Shown: positions 42,653 to 51,792 of the stretch, one piece after another
How positions within the stretch are numbered: position 1 is the first letter of the stretch
Layout: each line of letters opens with the position of its first letter
Source of the DNA: Candidatus Poribacteria bacterium
GTDB lineage: Bacteria; Poribacteria; WGA-4E; PCPOR2b
NCBI GenBank assembly: GCA_965208325.1
Contig: OZ242326.1
Location: forward strand, 1,984,001-2,048,000
DNA: 64,000 bases
Direction of reading: 5' to 3'
The notes under the pieces: generated by a model
What the model saw: the letters and a program-made list of their open reading frames with translations, nothing else
Databases searched by the model: none
Told to the model about the DNA's origin: nothing
Made by a program: the position numbers and the translations under genes

Positions 42653-42892
42653 TTGAAGTTTACACAATACTTTCTCTACATGCGCCAAAGACCCGATCGC
42701 GCCAAAATTAAGATGGCGTGGATTCAGGAAACCATCGAAAATCCCATTCGTATGGAAACACAAGCAGACAGAAGGATAAGAAAATGGAAAAAAATTGAAG
42801 AAGAGGATAAATACTTGAGGGTAGTTTTGCTGCCTGACGGTGAAACCGTTCATAATGCATTCTTCGACAGAAATTTCAAAGGGGAAATTTAA
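42653..42892 (+). CDS. Putative type II toxin (DUF4258/RelE-like)
   Basis: 79-aa basic protein; YLRVV..TVHNAFFDR; 1-nt overlap with the next gene. Confidence 0.7.
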   Translation: MKFTQYFLYMRQRPDRAKIKMAWIQETIENPIRMETQADRRIRKWKKIEEEDKYLRVVLLPDGETVHNAFFDRNFKGEI

Positions 42893-43110
42893 TGAAAGTG
42901 AAATACTTCCACGATACGGATACCGCCTTGGTTGAATTCTCAGGGCGTGAAGTGACCGAAACAAAAGAGATAAATGAGAACATCTATATCGATTTGGATG
43001 CCTATGGGAATCTGGTGGCAATGACCATTGAACATGCGCATCAACAGGCAAGTCTTCCCGAACTGTCTTATGAACAGATAGAAGCCCCGACCGCGAATGT
43101 GTCGAATTAG
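42892..43110 (+). CDS. DUF2283-family putative antitoxin
   Basis: MKVKYxxDTDxxxxEF..IDLDxxGNLVxxxIE; acidic. Confidence 0.8.
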   Translation: MKVKYFHDTDTALVEFSGREVTETKEINENIYIDLDAYGNLVAMTIEHAHQQASLPELSYEQIEAPTANVSN

Positions 43111-43146
43111 ACAATTTACGGTAATTGCCCCAATGCTTTCACTTAA

Positions 43147-43905
43147 CTCTACCCAACCTACAAAACATATGTGTCTAAGAAACCGAGTTTTGAAGAAAAA
43201 ACGCGGTTTCTAATTAGGGTCGAGATTCGGAGATCGCTCCTACAGGATAAAGGAGCTGTCTGAACTGTGATTCGTGTGATTGAATGATGGGCGATGATTA
43301 ATTTGAGTCATTTGGGTGCATATATACACACGGAGTAATTTACAATCGAGGCTGGGAAGCCTCTCCCACAGACGGGTGAGGCAATGAATGATTTCTGGTA
43401 ATCGAACTTGATTGGGTTGCCGAAGTTTTTTAAGACAGAAGACTGTAGGAAAACTATCGCCCTCCCTATTTGGTCGGTTGATCGTTGGGTTTCGCTCTGT
43501 GAGAATTGACAGCAGCAGCATCAGGAGTTCGTAACGTTAATTGCTGCCTGACCGTATTGGGATTATCCGCTCTACCCAACCTACAAAAAATTTGTGTCTA
43601 AGAAACCGAGTTTTGAAGAAAAAACGCGGTTTCAAATAAGGGTCGCGAGTCGGAGATTGCTCCTACAGGATAAAGGAGCTGTCTGAACTGTGATTCGAGT
43701 GATTAAATGATGGGCGATGATTAATTTGAGTCATTTGGTACATATATACACACGGAGTAATTTACAATCGAGGCTGGGAAGCCTCTCCCACAGACCGGCG
43801 AGGCAATGAATAATTTCTGTAATCGAACTTGAACGGGTTGCCGAAGATATTTAAGACAGAAGACTGTAGGAAAACTATCGCCCGCCCTATTCCGTCGGTT
43901 GACCC
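43147..43905. repeat. Tandem ~423-bp composite units (about 1.8 copies)
   Basis: GTGTCTAAGAAACCGAG at 43171 and 43594; related partial unit at 42484-42590. Confidence 0.9.
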
Positions 43906-44338
43906 TTCGCTATTCGCTCAGTTGATCTCTACCTAACCTACAAAGACTATTACCATGTTATGGCGGATATTGAAAATTTTGAATAGGGTTACCTTTCTGC
44001 TAAGCGTTCTCAACAACCTGAAACGGCGGAGGTTGGGTCGGCTGCTCTGGTGGGGCGTCTCGAACCCGAGACTGACTAGAACGGGAGGACGGTTAACGTA
44101 CTTTAGGAGTAGGCTCAGATTCATATCGCGCGGTTGGCGGCGGATGCGCAGAAAGCTGTCGCGCTCATGAAATAGTTAAGACTTACGTAGTGGAGTTTGT
44201 AGCGGCGGAATGTTTTGCGCGTCCGGCAGGCCGTGCACGTCCTTGGCCTGATATATCGTTTTATGTAGTAACGGGGGATGAATTGCCTTACTACGAACCT
44301 TTAGACGTTAACTAAGTACCTCCAAATAGTTTTAACAA

Positions 44339-44367
44339 TTGCGTTCCAATTTGGAGTTGGATATAAT
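44339..44367 (+). promoter_or_regulatory. Promoter TTGCGT-N17-TATAAT
   Basis: Consensus-like, upstream of the VOC genes. Confidence 0.55.
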
Positions 44368-44477
44368 AAGAAGAAACTGCAGCACAAAAAGAGGAGGTGC
44401 GGTTTCCACCCCGTCCTAGTCAATGCCGAACTTCGAGAATCAAATGATTTGGACGAGATTCCTACCGCGAAGAGTAG

Positions 44478-44882
44478 ATGATAAAAGGAATGTGGAACTA
44501 CGGCGTCAAAGTCGAAAATATTGAAGAAACCACGGAATTTTACACCCGCTATATGGGCGCAGAAGTGCGTATTCAAAGCGAAGTTTTGGGGTGTCAATAT
44601 ACGCTGATTCGCATGGGCGAGACGCGAATAATTCTCTTCGACAAAGCCCCCTATGAAGATGACATGGGTCTGAACCTGCCGCTGGGCTTTCTGCACGTCG
44701 TCTACGAAACGGACGACTTCGAAGCTGAAATAGCGAAGCTGCGCGAATCGGGTGTGAATTTCATCATGGGGCCCATGGTCATTGAAAGCGACTTCGGCAA
44801 ACGGAAGTTTGCATTTTTTGAAGCACCCGACGGCATCCGTACCGAAGTCATGCAGGTGTACGAAGACACGGGAATCGCATGA
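44478..44882 (+). CDS. VOC/glyoxalase family protein
   Basis: GVKVENIEETTEFY..HVVYETDD..FFEAPDGIRTE. Confidence 0.85.
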   Translation: MIKGMWNYGVKVENIEETTEFYTRYMGAEVRIQSEVLGCQYTLIRMGETRIILFDKAPYEDDMGLNLPLGFLHVVYETDDFEAEIAKLRESGVNFIMGPMVIESDFGKRKFAFFEAPDGIRTEVMQVYEDTGIA

Positions 44883-44988
44883 CACCGCTCCAGAACCCAT
44901 AGAGACAACCCGTAAATCTGCCAGATAAACTGTTACACCTGCCGCAGTTCGGCAAAATAGAACGCAGCAACGAGAAAGGAAGCATTGA

Positions 44989-45450
44989 ATGAGGGTTAAC
45001 GGCATCCATCACGTGACGCTTCTTGTGGATGATGAAGAGCGCGCCGCTTGGTTTTACGGCGAGGTTTTGGGATTGAAAGAAAAATCGCGTCCCAGTTTCA
45101 AGTTTCCCGGCATTTTTTATACCTCCGGAAACCAAGAAATTCACATCATCATCGCTTCACGTCCGCTCTCCTATGAAGACCTGTACATTGACATTGGCGG
45201 CGTATCCGACATTACCCGCCGCCACATCCATCGCCATGTAGCGCTAGCGGTTTCCGATTGGGACGGGCTTGAAGCGCGTTTGGAGGAGAACGGCGTCGAA
45301 ATCCTATTTGGCCCCAATCGTGTTGAGCCCGACGATGAACTCTCACGGAACATGATTGACGGATGGATGCGGATGTACGGCGGCGTACCCGTCTTTTGTT
45401 TAGACCCTTTCAAAAACCTGGTTGAACTTGTCCCGATCGGGTTGGAGTGA
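44989..45450 (+). CDS. VOC/glyoxalase family protein
   Basis: IHHVTLLVDD..FYGEVLG..HVALAV..DPFKNLVEL. Confidence 0.85.
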   Translation: MRVNGIHHVTLLVDDEERAAWFYGEVLGLKEKSRPSFKFPGIFYTSGNQEIHIIIASRPLSYEDLYIDIGGVSDITRRHIHRHVALAVSDWDGLEARLEENGVEILFGPNRVEPDDELSRNMIDGWMRMYGGVPVFCLDPFKNLVELVPIGLE

Positions 45451-45513
45451 GATTGAGTCAGAAACGCAAAACGTCTTAAATGCTGGATTCTGACAGATAA
45501 GAAGGTTGTGATT

Positions 45514-46527
45514 ATGTCCGCAAACATCCAAAAGATTTTTGTCGCCGGGGGCGGGGCTTGGGGTACGACGGTCGCAAATCTGCTTGCTGAAAAGGGGTTA
45601 AAGGTCTCTATCTGGGCGCGCGAGGCGTGGTTGACACGCCATATTGCGGAACATAAAGACAATCCCAAGTATCTCCCGGGCGTTTCATTACATAAAAATC
45701 TACACGCTGCGCACAGCATATCGGAGGGCATGCACAATGCAGGGTTGATTATCTACGCCATTCCCGCCCAATCCTTGCGCGGCGTAGTTCAACAGACACA
45801 GCCCTACCTTCAAGAAGAGGTCATCTTGCTCAACCTTGCGAAAGGTATTGAAGAGGGAACGGGGCTGCGCTGCTCTGAGATTGTTCAGCAGGAAACGAAC
45901 GGGGTTCATCCAATTGCAGCGTTGTCGGGTCCGAACATCGCTTATGAAATTGCCCGGAAAATCCCATCAAAGACGGTCGTGTCGTGCAACAATTACCGAT
46001 ACCTCGGTATACTCCGGGATTTGTTCTCGACACCGCATCTGAAGGTCTACGAAAACCCGGATTTGGTGGGTACCGAGTTAGGCGGCGCATTAAAGAACAT
46101 CGTTGCAATCATGGGGGGAATCGGCGACGGACTCGGATTCGGCGTCAACACAAAGGCGGCGATTATCACGCGGGGACTAAGAGAGATGATTAAGGCCGGT
46201 ACGATGATGGGCGCAAATCCGGACACCTTCTTCGGATTGTCCGGCATTGGTGACCTGATGGCGACGTGCTTGAGCCCCCACAGCCGGAATCGGACGTTGG
46301 GTGAAAACTTAGGGCGCGGCATGGCGCTTGAAGAGGCGGAAGCTGCACTGAATGGCCGTGTCGCCGAAGGCATACGGACAGCGAAGGCGCTTTATGAGGT
46401 GAAGGGCGAATTGAACCTCGAAATGCCGATCGTGGACCAGTTGTACCGAGTGTTATACAAGGGGCAGCTACCGAGTGAAGGCTATCTCGCCATCTGGAAC
46501 CCCGGCGAAGCACATGAACTGAATTGA
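45514..46527 (+). CDS. gpsA: NAD(P)H-dependent glycerol-3-phosphate dehydrogenase
   Basis: GGGAWGT, AKGIE, LSGPN, GGALKNIVAI, GLSGIGDL, SRN. Confidence 0.95.
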   Translation: MSANIQKIFVAGGGAWGTTVANLLAEKGLKVSIWAREAWLTRHIAEHKDNPKYLPGVSLHKNLHAAHSISEGMHNAGLIIYAIPAQSLRGVVQQTQPYLQEEVILLNLAKGIEEGTGLRCSEIVQQETNGVHPIAALSGPNIAYEIARKIPSKTVVSCNNYRYLGILRDLFSTPHLKVYENPDLVGTELGGALKNIVAIMGGIGDGLGFGVNTKAAIITRGLREMIKAGTMMGANPDTFFGLSGIGDLMATCLSPHSRNRTLGENLGRGMALEEAEAALNGRVAEGIRTAKALYEVKGELNLEMPIVDQLYRVLYKGQLPSEGYLAIWNPGEAHELN

Positions 46528-46537
46528 GGGGCGAGGG

Positions 46538-47296
46538 ATGTCAGCGACGATTGGAATCATCTTGGCGGCTGGCGTCGGTTCACGCCTGCGGCCGATGACG
46601 AATCAGGTGCCGAAATGCCTGATCCCGGTGGCTGGAATCCCAATCCTTCAACGGCAAATCGAAGCGATGCTGGCTTGCGGCATCCGAAAAATCGTTGTGG
46701 TTGCCGGCTATAAGTGCAATCTGGTCGTCAGTTTTTGCCGGCGTTATTCGGAAACCGTCAGGGTGGTAATCAAGGAGGAGTATGCGAACACGAACAACAT
46801 GTATTCGTTCTATACGGCGGCTCAAAATATTGGTGAGGCGCCCGTAATGTTATGCAACGGAGATGTTGTTTTTGATTGTGAAATAATATCATCGCTGTTG
46901 AAATCGGACTGGGGTAATCTTATATGCGTGCAGCCCAACCAGTACATTGAAGAAGCGATGAAAGTGTCCGTCGATTCACAAGGCAGGGTGCTTGAATTGA
47001 GCAAAGCGGTTCCCGCTTCCAGCGCTTTTGGGGTTTCAATTGATGTGTATAAATTCTGCCCTACTGCGTTTAAAGAAATTGTGAAAATAGCAACTCGAAC
47101 CATCGTTGACGAGGGGAAAAGAAACCTGTGGACCGAGGTCGCAATTAACGAAGCGTTGCAACGCATAGAGTTTAGGACGTTTGACATTGGAACACATCGT
47201 TGGGTCGAGATTGACAATTTCGCTGATCTGAAAGGCGCAAATGAATCATTCGCACCTACCGGCTGTAGTCATTCGGGAGATATTAACCCAGCTTGA
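46538..47296 (+). CDS. LicC-like (phosphocholine/sugar-phosphate) cytidylyltransferase
   Basis: ILAAGVGSRLRP..PKCL; YANTNNMYS; NGDVVFD; WVEIDNFADL. Confidence 0.85.
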   Translation: MSATIGIILAAGVGSRLRPMTNQVPKCLIPVAGIPILQRQIEAMLACGIRKIVVVAGYKCNLVVSFCRRYSETVRVVIKEEYANTNNMYSFYTAAQNIGEAPVMLCNGDVVFDCEIISSLLKSDWGNLICVQPNQYIEEAMKVSVDSQGRVLELSKAVPASSAFGVSIDVYKFCPTAFKEIVKIATRTIVDEGKRNLWTEVAINEALQRIEFRTFDIGTHRWVEIDNFADLKGANESFAPTGCSHSGDINPA

Positions 47297-48065
47297 AGGG
47301 TTTCTCATAGATCTTGACGGGACGACATTTTTAGGCGATGACTTAATTCCAGGCGCCCTAATGTTCGTTGAAATCCTGCAAAAATTGGGGAAACCACATT
47401 TATTCTTGACGAACAACTCTTCTGAGTCGGCGCACACATATGTGGAAAAGCTGCGCCGCCTCGGAATTGATGCGCAGGATGGAAGCGTCTTAACCTCCGG
47501 CGATGCCACAGCCATGTATCTTGCGGACGCGGGATATACCAGGTTATTTGTTTTGGGGACGCCGAGTTTTGAAAATGAGCTAAAAGAATTTGGATTTATC
47601 CTCACATCTGAGCGTCCGGATTGCGTTGTTCTTGGATTCGATAAAACACTGAATTATCAAAAGCTCGAGATTGCAACGGATTTAATCCGTCGGAAAATTC
47701 CGTTTGTCGCAACCCATCCAGATAAGGTCTGCCCTACGGAAGACGGTTTTATTCCAGACTGCGGTGCGATTGCAGCGCTGCTTTCGGCTGCGACTGATGT
47801 CGATCCACTTGTCATCGGAAAACCCAAGCCGCAAATGGTTCAGATGGCGCTGAAGCGTTTGAATCTCGACTCGCGAAAGATCGCCATAATCGGCGACAGG
47901 CTGTACACGGATATACGAATGGGACGCGACGCCGGACTCGTAACGGTGCTTGTACTCTCCGGTGAGACTACGCCCGAAATGCTTCTGTCGGAAATTGAGA
48001 TGCGACCCCTTATCGTTGTAGAGCGCCTCGGGACACTATGCGGTTATTTATTGAATCTGTATTAG
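47241..48065 (+). CDS. HAD-IIA (NagD-like) phosphatase
   Basis: DLDGT, LTNNS, GKP, GDRLYTDI. Confidence 0.92.
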   Translation: MNHSHLPAVVIREILTQLEGFLIDLDGTTFLGDDLIPGALMFVEILQKLGKPHLFLTNNSSESAHTYVEKLRRLGIDAQDGSVLTSGDATAMYLADAGYTRLFVLGTPSFENELKEFGFILTSERPDCVVLGFDKTLNYQKLEIATDLIRRKIPFVATHPDKVCPTEDGFIPDCGAIAALLSAATDVDPLVIGKPKPQMVQMALKRLNLDSRKIAIIGDRLYTDIRMGRDAGLVTVLVLSGETTPEMLLSEIEMRPLIVVERLGTLCGYLLNLY

Positions 48066-49922
48066 TTCGGTTAAAGACACCGAGTTTTCAAATGAGGGTC
48101 GCGATTCGGAGATCGCTCTTGCGGCGCGCGGGTGGAATTGGAAGGATGGAAGATTGGATGGGATTCCGATTTTAGATGATGGGTTCGTATTGTTTAAAAA
48201 TTGGGTTAGGTTCAGCTCGGGATTAGGGACGGTGTTCGTAATTGGCAATCAATTCGGATGGGAGAGGTTTTAAAAGCGTTGGGTTTCGCTACAACCATCG
48301 GATTTTGTACACGGATAGATTGACGGGAGCGGTTGGTTTTACTGGGCGATTATTGGATGAACCCGCTCTACCCAACCTACAAAAACTTGTCCACAAACTA
48401 AGATTAGAAGAAACCGAGTTTTGAAGAAAAAACTCGGTTTCAAATAAAGTCCGCAATTTGGAGATCGCTCTTGCGGTGCGCGGGTGGAATTGGAAGGATG
48501 GAAGATTGGATGGGATTCCGATTTTAGAGGATGGGTTCGTATTGTTTAAAAATTGGGTTAGGTTCAGCGCGGGATTAGGGACGGTGTTCGTAATTGGCAA
48601 TCAATTCGGATGGGAGAGGTTTTAAAAGCGTTGGGTTTCGCTACAACCATCGGATTTTGTACACGGATAGATTGACGGGAGCGGTTGGTTTTACTGGGCG
48701 ATTATTGGATGAACCCGCTCTACCCAACCTACAAAAACTTGTCCACAAACTAAGATTAGAAGAAACCGAGTTTTGAAGAAAAAAACTCGGTTTAAAATAA
48801 ACGCCGCGATTCGGAGATCGCTCCTGCGGTGCGCGGGTGGAATCGGAAGGATGGAAGGTTGGAAGGGATTCCGATTTTCGAGGATGGGTTCGTATTGTTT
48901 AAAAATTGGGTTAGGTTCAGCGCGGGATTAGGGACGGTGTTCGTGATTGGCAATCAATTCGGATGGGAGAGGTTTTAAAAGCGTTGGGTTTCGCTACAAC
49001 CATCGGAATTTGTACACGGATAGATTGACGGGAGCGGTTGGTTTTACTGGGCGATTATTGGATGAACCCGCTCTACCCAACCTACAAAAACTTGTCCACA
49101 AACTAAGATTAGGAGAAACCGAGTTTTGAAGAAAAAACTCGGTTTCAAATAATAGCCGCGATTCGGAGATCGCTCTTGCGGTGCGCGGGTGGAATTGGAA
49201 GGATGGAAGATTGGAAGGGATTCCGATTTTCGATGACGGGTTCGTATTGTTTAAAAATTGGGTTAGGTTCAGCTCGGGATTAGGAACGGTGTTCGTGATT
49301 GGCAATCAATTCGGATGGGAGAGGTTTTAAAAGCGTTGGGTTTCGCTACAACCATCGAATCTTGTACACGGATAGATTGACGGGAGCGGTTGGTTTTAAT
49401 GGGCGATTATTGGATGAACCCGCTCTACCCAACCTACAAGAGCTTGTCCACGAACTAAGATTAGGAGAAACCGAGTTTTGAAGAAAAAACTCGGTTTCAA
49501 ATAAAGTCCGCAATTTGGAGATTGCTCCTGCGGTGCGCGGGTGGAATTGGAAGGATGGAAGAAAGGGAGCGCATGAACATTCGGTGTTGAAGGGTAGGTG
49601 GATTGCGTAAGTCTTACGCTTTAATGGCCAAGCATGATTGTTTAAAAATTGGGTTAGGTTCAGCTTGGGATTAGGGACGGTGTTCGTGATTCGCAATCAA
49701 TTCGGATGGGAGAGGTTTTAAAAGCGTTGGGTTTCGCTTCAACCATCGGCATTTGTACACGGATAGATTGACGGGAGCGGTTGGTTTTACTGGGCGATTA
49801 TTGGATGAACCCGCTCTACCCAACCTACAAAAACTTGTCCACAAACTAAGATTAGGAGAAACCGAGTTTTGAAGAAATAGTATCAAATGACCTGATGATA
49901 GTTGGAATGCGCGTGGTTACTG

Positions 49923-50068
49923 ACTTCGAGCCATCATCAAATGAGCGAGTTATGTTGGCTTAATTAGCTTATCCGTCAAGAAATTCATTTGGTTTGGCTA
50001 GAAGCGTGACAAAGTATACCAAAATGGCTATGGCGTGCCAAGCCGATGCCAAAGAAAGAGACGTTGTT
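49923..50068. ncRNA. Candidate structured non-coding RNA (two stem-loops with large internal loops)
   Basis: By-eye pairing 49923-49945 with 49984-50005 plus apical GGCT/AGCT; weaker second domain at 50008-50068; no expression evidence. Confidence 0.35.
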
Positions 50069-50101
50069 TTCCCATGTCTAAGCAATAATAGGCGTATGCT
50101 G

Positions 50102-50995
50102 TCATTGCAAGTCTCCTGTAGGTTTGGAACTGGACGGCACGGTGTTATCTTTGCCGTCTTCCAAGTTTGCGTTGATGTCATTCAGCGAATGTTGAGGAAT
50201 TAGGTCGAGATATTGAGAGATGACGCGCTTGGAAAGTTTGGTAATCTGAGAGATTTTGTCAATGTCATCGGTAGCGGTGCGAACAATCTTAACGGACTCA
50301 TAATCATGGATGTATCGGTCAACAGCTTCTTTGGAGTGCTTGGTTTTGGCAGCAATGGTCGGAGTCAGGTGCCCTTGTAGATAAAGGGTAATAATCTCCT
50401 TCTTGTGTGTAATTGCCGCCGATAAATCGTGAATGTTGCCGCGAGTGGGCAAGATTTTTCCACTGGTGCTTTGCCACTCGTTGACATACTCACTCACTAC
50501 TGGGTCGCGGACGTTGAGCAACACAGCCAGGTCTAGTTGAGTCAACAATGCCCCTTGGTCATAGGCTTGATAACACCATCGCACCAATCGATGAATTCTG
50601 AGTTCACGAGAGCTGAAGCCGCTGTAATAGTGTTCAATGTCCTCGGGGGCCACAAAGCTTAAAACCACAGGCTTCATGCGGGTTTTAACGATTGACTTGG
50701 CTCTCTGTGGATATTCGTCAATCGGCACAGCCATCCAAACCAGTTGACCATAGCTAAGCATTCGTTCATCAGGAAGTTGTTCTCCAGCGGCGAGTTTATC
50801 AAGTGGCAAGCGAATCAGGAAATAGTCTTCAATAGTTTTGACGATGTCATCGACAATGGCTTTGGCAGTCACTTCGCCTTTGTCATACCCATAGGAATTG
50901 ATAAAGCGATGAATCAGCAACTGCCGCAACGATTTATCATTGATACGTCTGATTTTCTTCTCGTTGATTTCGGTTCGAGTCAATGATTTACTCAT
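50102..50995 (-). CDS. DUF1670-like multi-HTH protein B
   Basis: QAYDQGALLTQLDLAVLL, PTRGNIHD, THK, TKHSKEAVDRY; ATGA overlap with the upstream gene. Confidence 0.85.
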   Translation of the reverse strand: MSKSLTRTEINEKKIRRINDKSLRQLLIHRFINSYGYDKGEVTAKAIVDDIVKTIEDYFLIRLPLDKLAAGEQLPDERMLSYGQLVWMAVPIDEYPQRAKSIVKTRMKPVVLSFVAPEDIEHYYSGFSSRELRIHRLVRWCYQAYDQGALLTQLDLAVLLNVRDPVVSEYVNEWQSTSGKILPTRGNIHDLSAAITHKKEIITLYLQGHLTPTIAAKTKHSKEAVDRYIHDYESVKIVRTATDDIDKISQITKLSKRVISQYLDLIPQHSLNDINANLEDGKDNTVPSSSKPTGDLQ

Positions 50996-51792
50996 GAGTT
51001 TTCCCCCTTTTTTTCATCAACGGGTTCAGGATGAAGTAAAGTCGTCATTCGCTCTGTATGTTCGTATTTATCATACAGGGAGAGATACTCACGAATCAAT
51101 CGGTCAGAGAGATGGGTGATGAGCCGTATCTGTTCCTTTGGAAAGTCTTGATGATGGAGGGTTGCTACCTGAGTGAAATTACGCAAGTATCTCAACACGG
51201 CGCGTTCGGTGTGGTTCGTCTTTCGCTCAATGTCGGTGAATTGATAGCCTTTAAAGTACAGTTCTAGGATTTGGGTTTTATGAGAGATGCCGGGGCCCAT
51301 GTCGTGTTTGGCGCCGCGAGTCATTACAAAAAACCCTTGCTGTTTCAACTGTCGAATGTCTCGTTTGACGGTCGCCGGGCTGGTGGTTAATAGCACCGCT
51401 AAATCTTCATAGCTGAGCAAAGCGTCTTGGTCATAGGCTTGTTTGGTTAACCGTAAGATTCGATGTCGTCTGAGTCCTGCAAGTCCATAGTTGGCTAACA
51501 CCTCAAGATCGGTGTGCACATCATTGAGGGTGAGTTGGCAGGAGACCTTTTTGGCTAAGGCAATGTGTTTACCTGCGGGTTCGTCGGCGGCTACGGCTTC
51601 ATAGCAGATTTGGCCTGATGTGAGTTTAATATCGGCGTGTTGGGCAAAGTAGGAAGAAATCTGATTATAGTAGGCTTCGGCAAGGATAGGCATCAGATTG
51701 AAGTCTGACGCAATCTTCTGAATAATTGCCGCTCTCGCCGTCTTTGATTCCAGACGATTGATACCGTAGTTTGAATGACTTTGTGGTTTCAT
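50992..51792 (-). CDS. DUF1670-like multi-HTH protein A
   Basis: QAYDQDALLSYEDLAVLL, TRGAKHDMGPGISHK, TNHTERAVLRY; GGAGG RBS before ATG at 51792. Confidence 0.85.
   Translation of the reverse strand: MKPQSHSNYGINRLESKTARAAIIQKIASDFNLMPILAEAYYNQISSYFAQHADIKLTSGQICYEAVAADEPAGKHIALAKKVSCQLTLNDVHTDLEVLANYGLAGLRRHRILRLTKQAYDQDALLSYEDLAVLLTTSPATVKRDIRQLKQQGFFVMTRGAKHDMGPGISHKTQILELYFKGYQFTDIERKTNHTERAVLRYLRNFTQVATLHHQDFPKEQIRLITHLSDRLIREYLSLYDKYEHTERMTTLLHPEPVDEKKGENS

Noticed and set aside
42591..43150. Integron cassette (GTTAGGC at 42595, ACTTAAC at 43141)
   Set aside because: No complete attC stem and no integrase; such 7-mers are expected by chance.
43933..44170. Overlapping short ORFs on both strands
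   Set aside because: No recognisable motifs or RBS; the region lies among decayed repeats.
48048..49886. Repeated short ORFs in arrays (MAINSDG.., MPITNTV.., and similar at 7-8k, 17k, 24k)
   Set aside because: Shadow ORFs of non-coding repeats; frames differ between copies and there are no clear RBSs.
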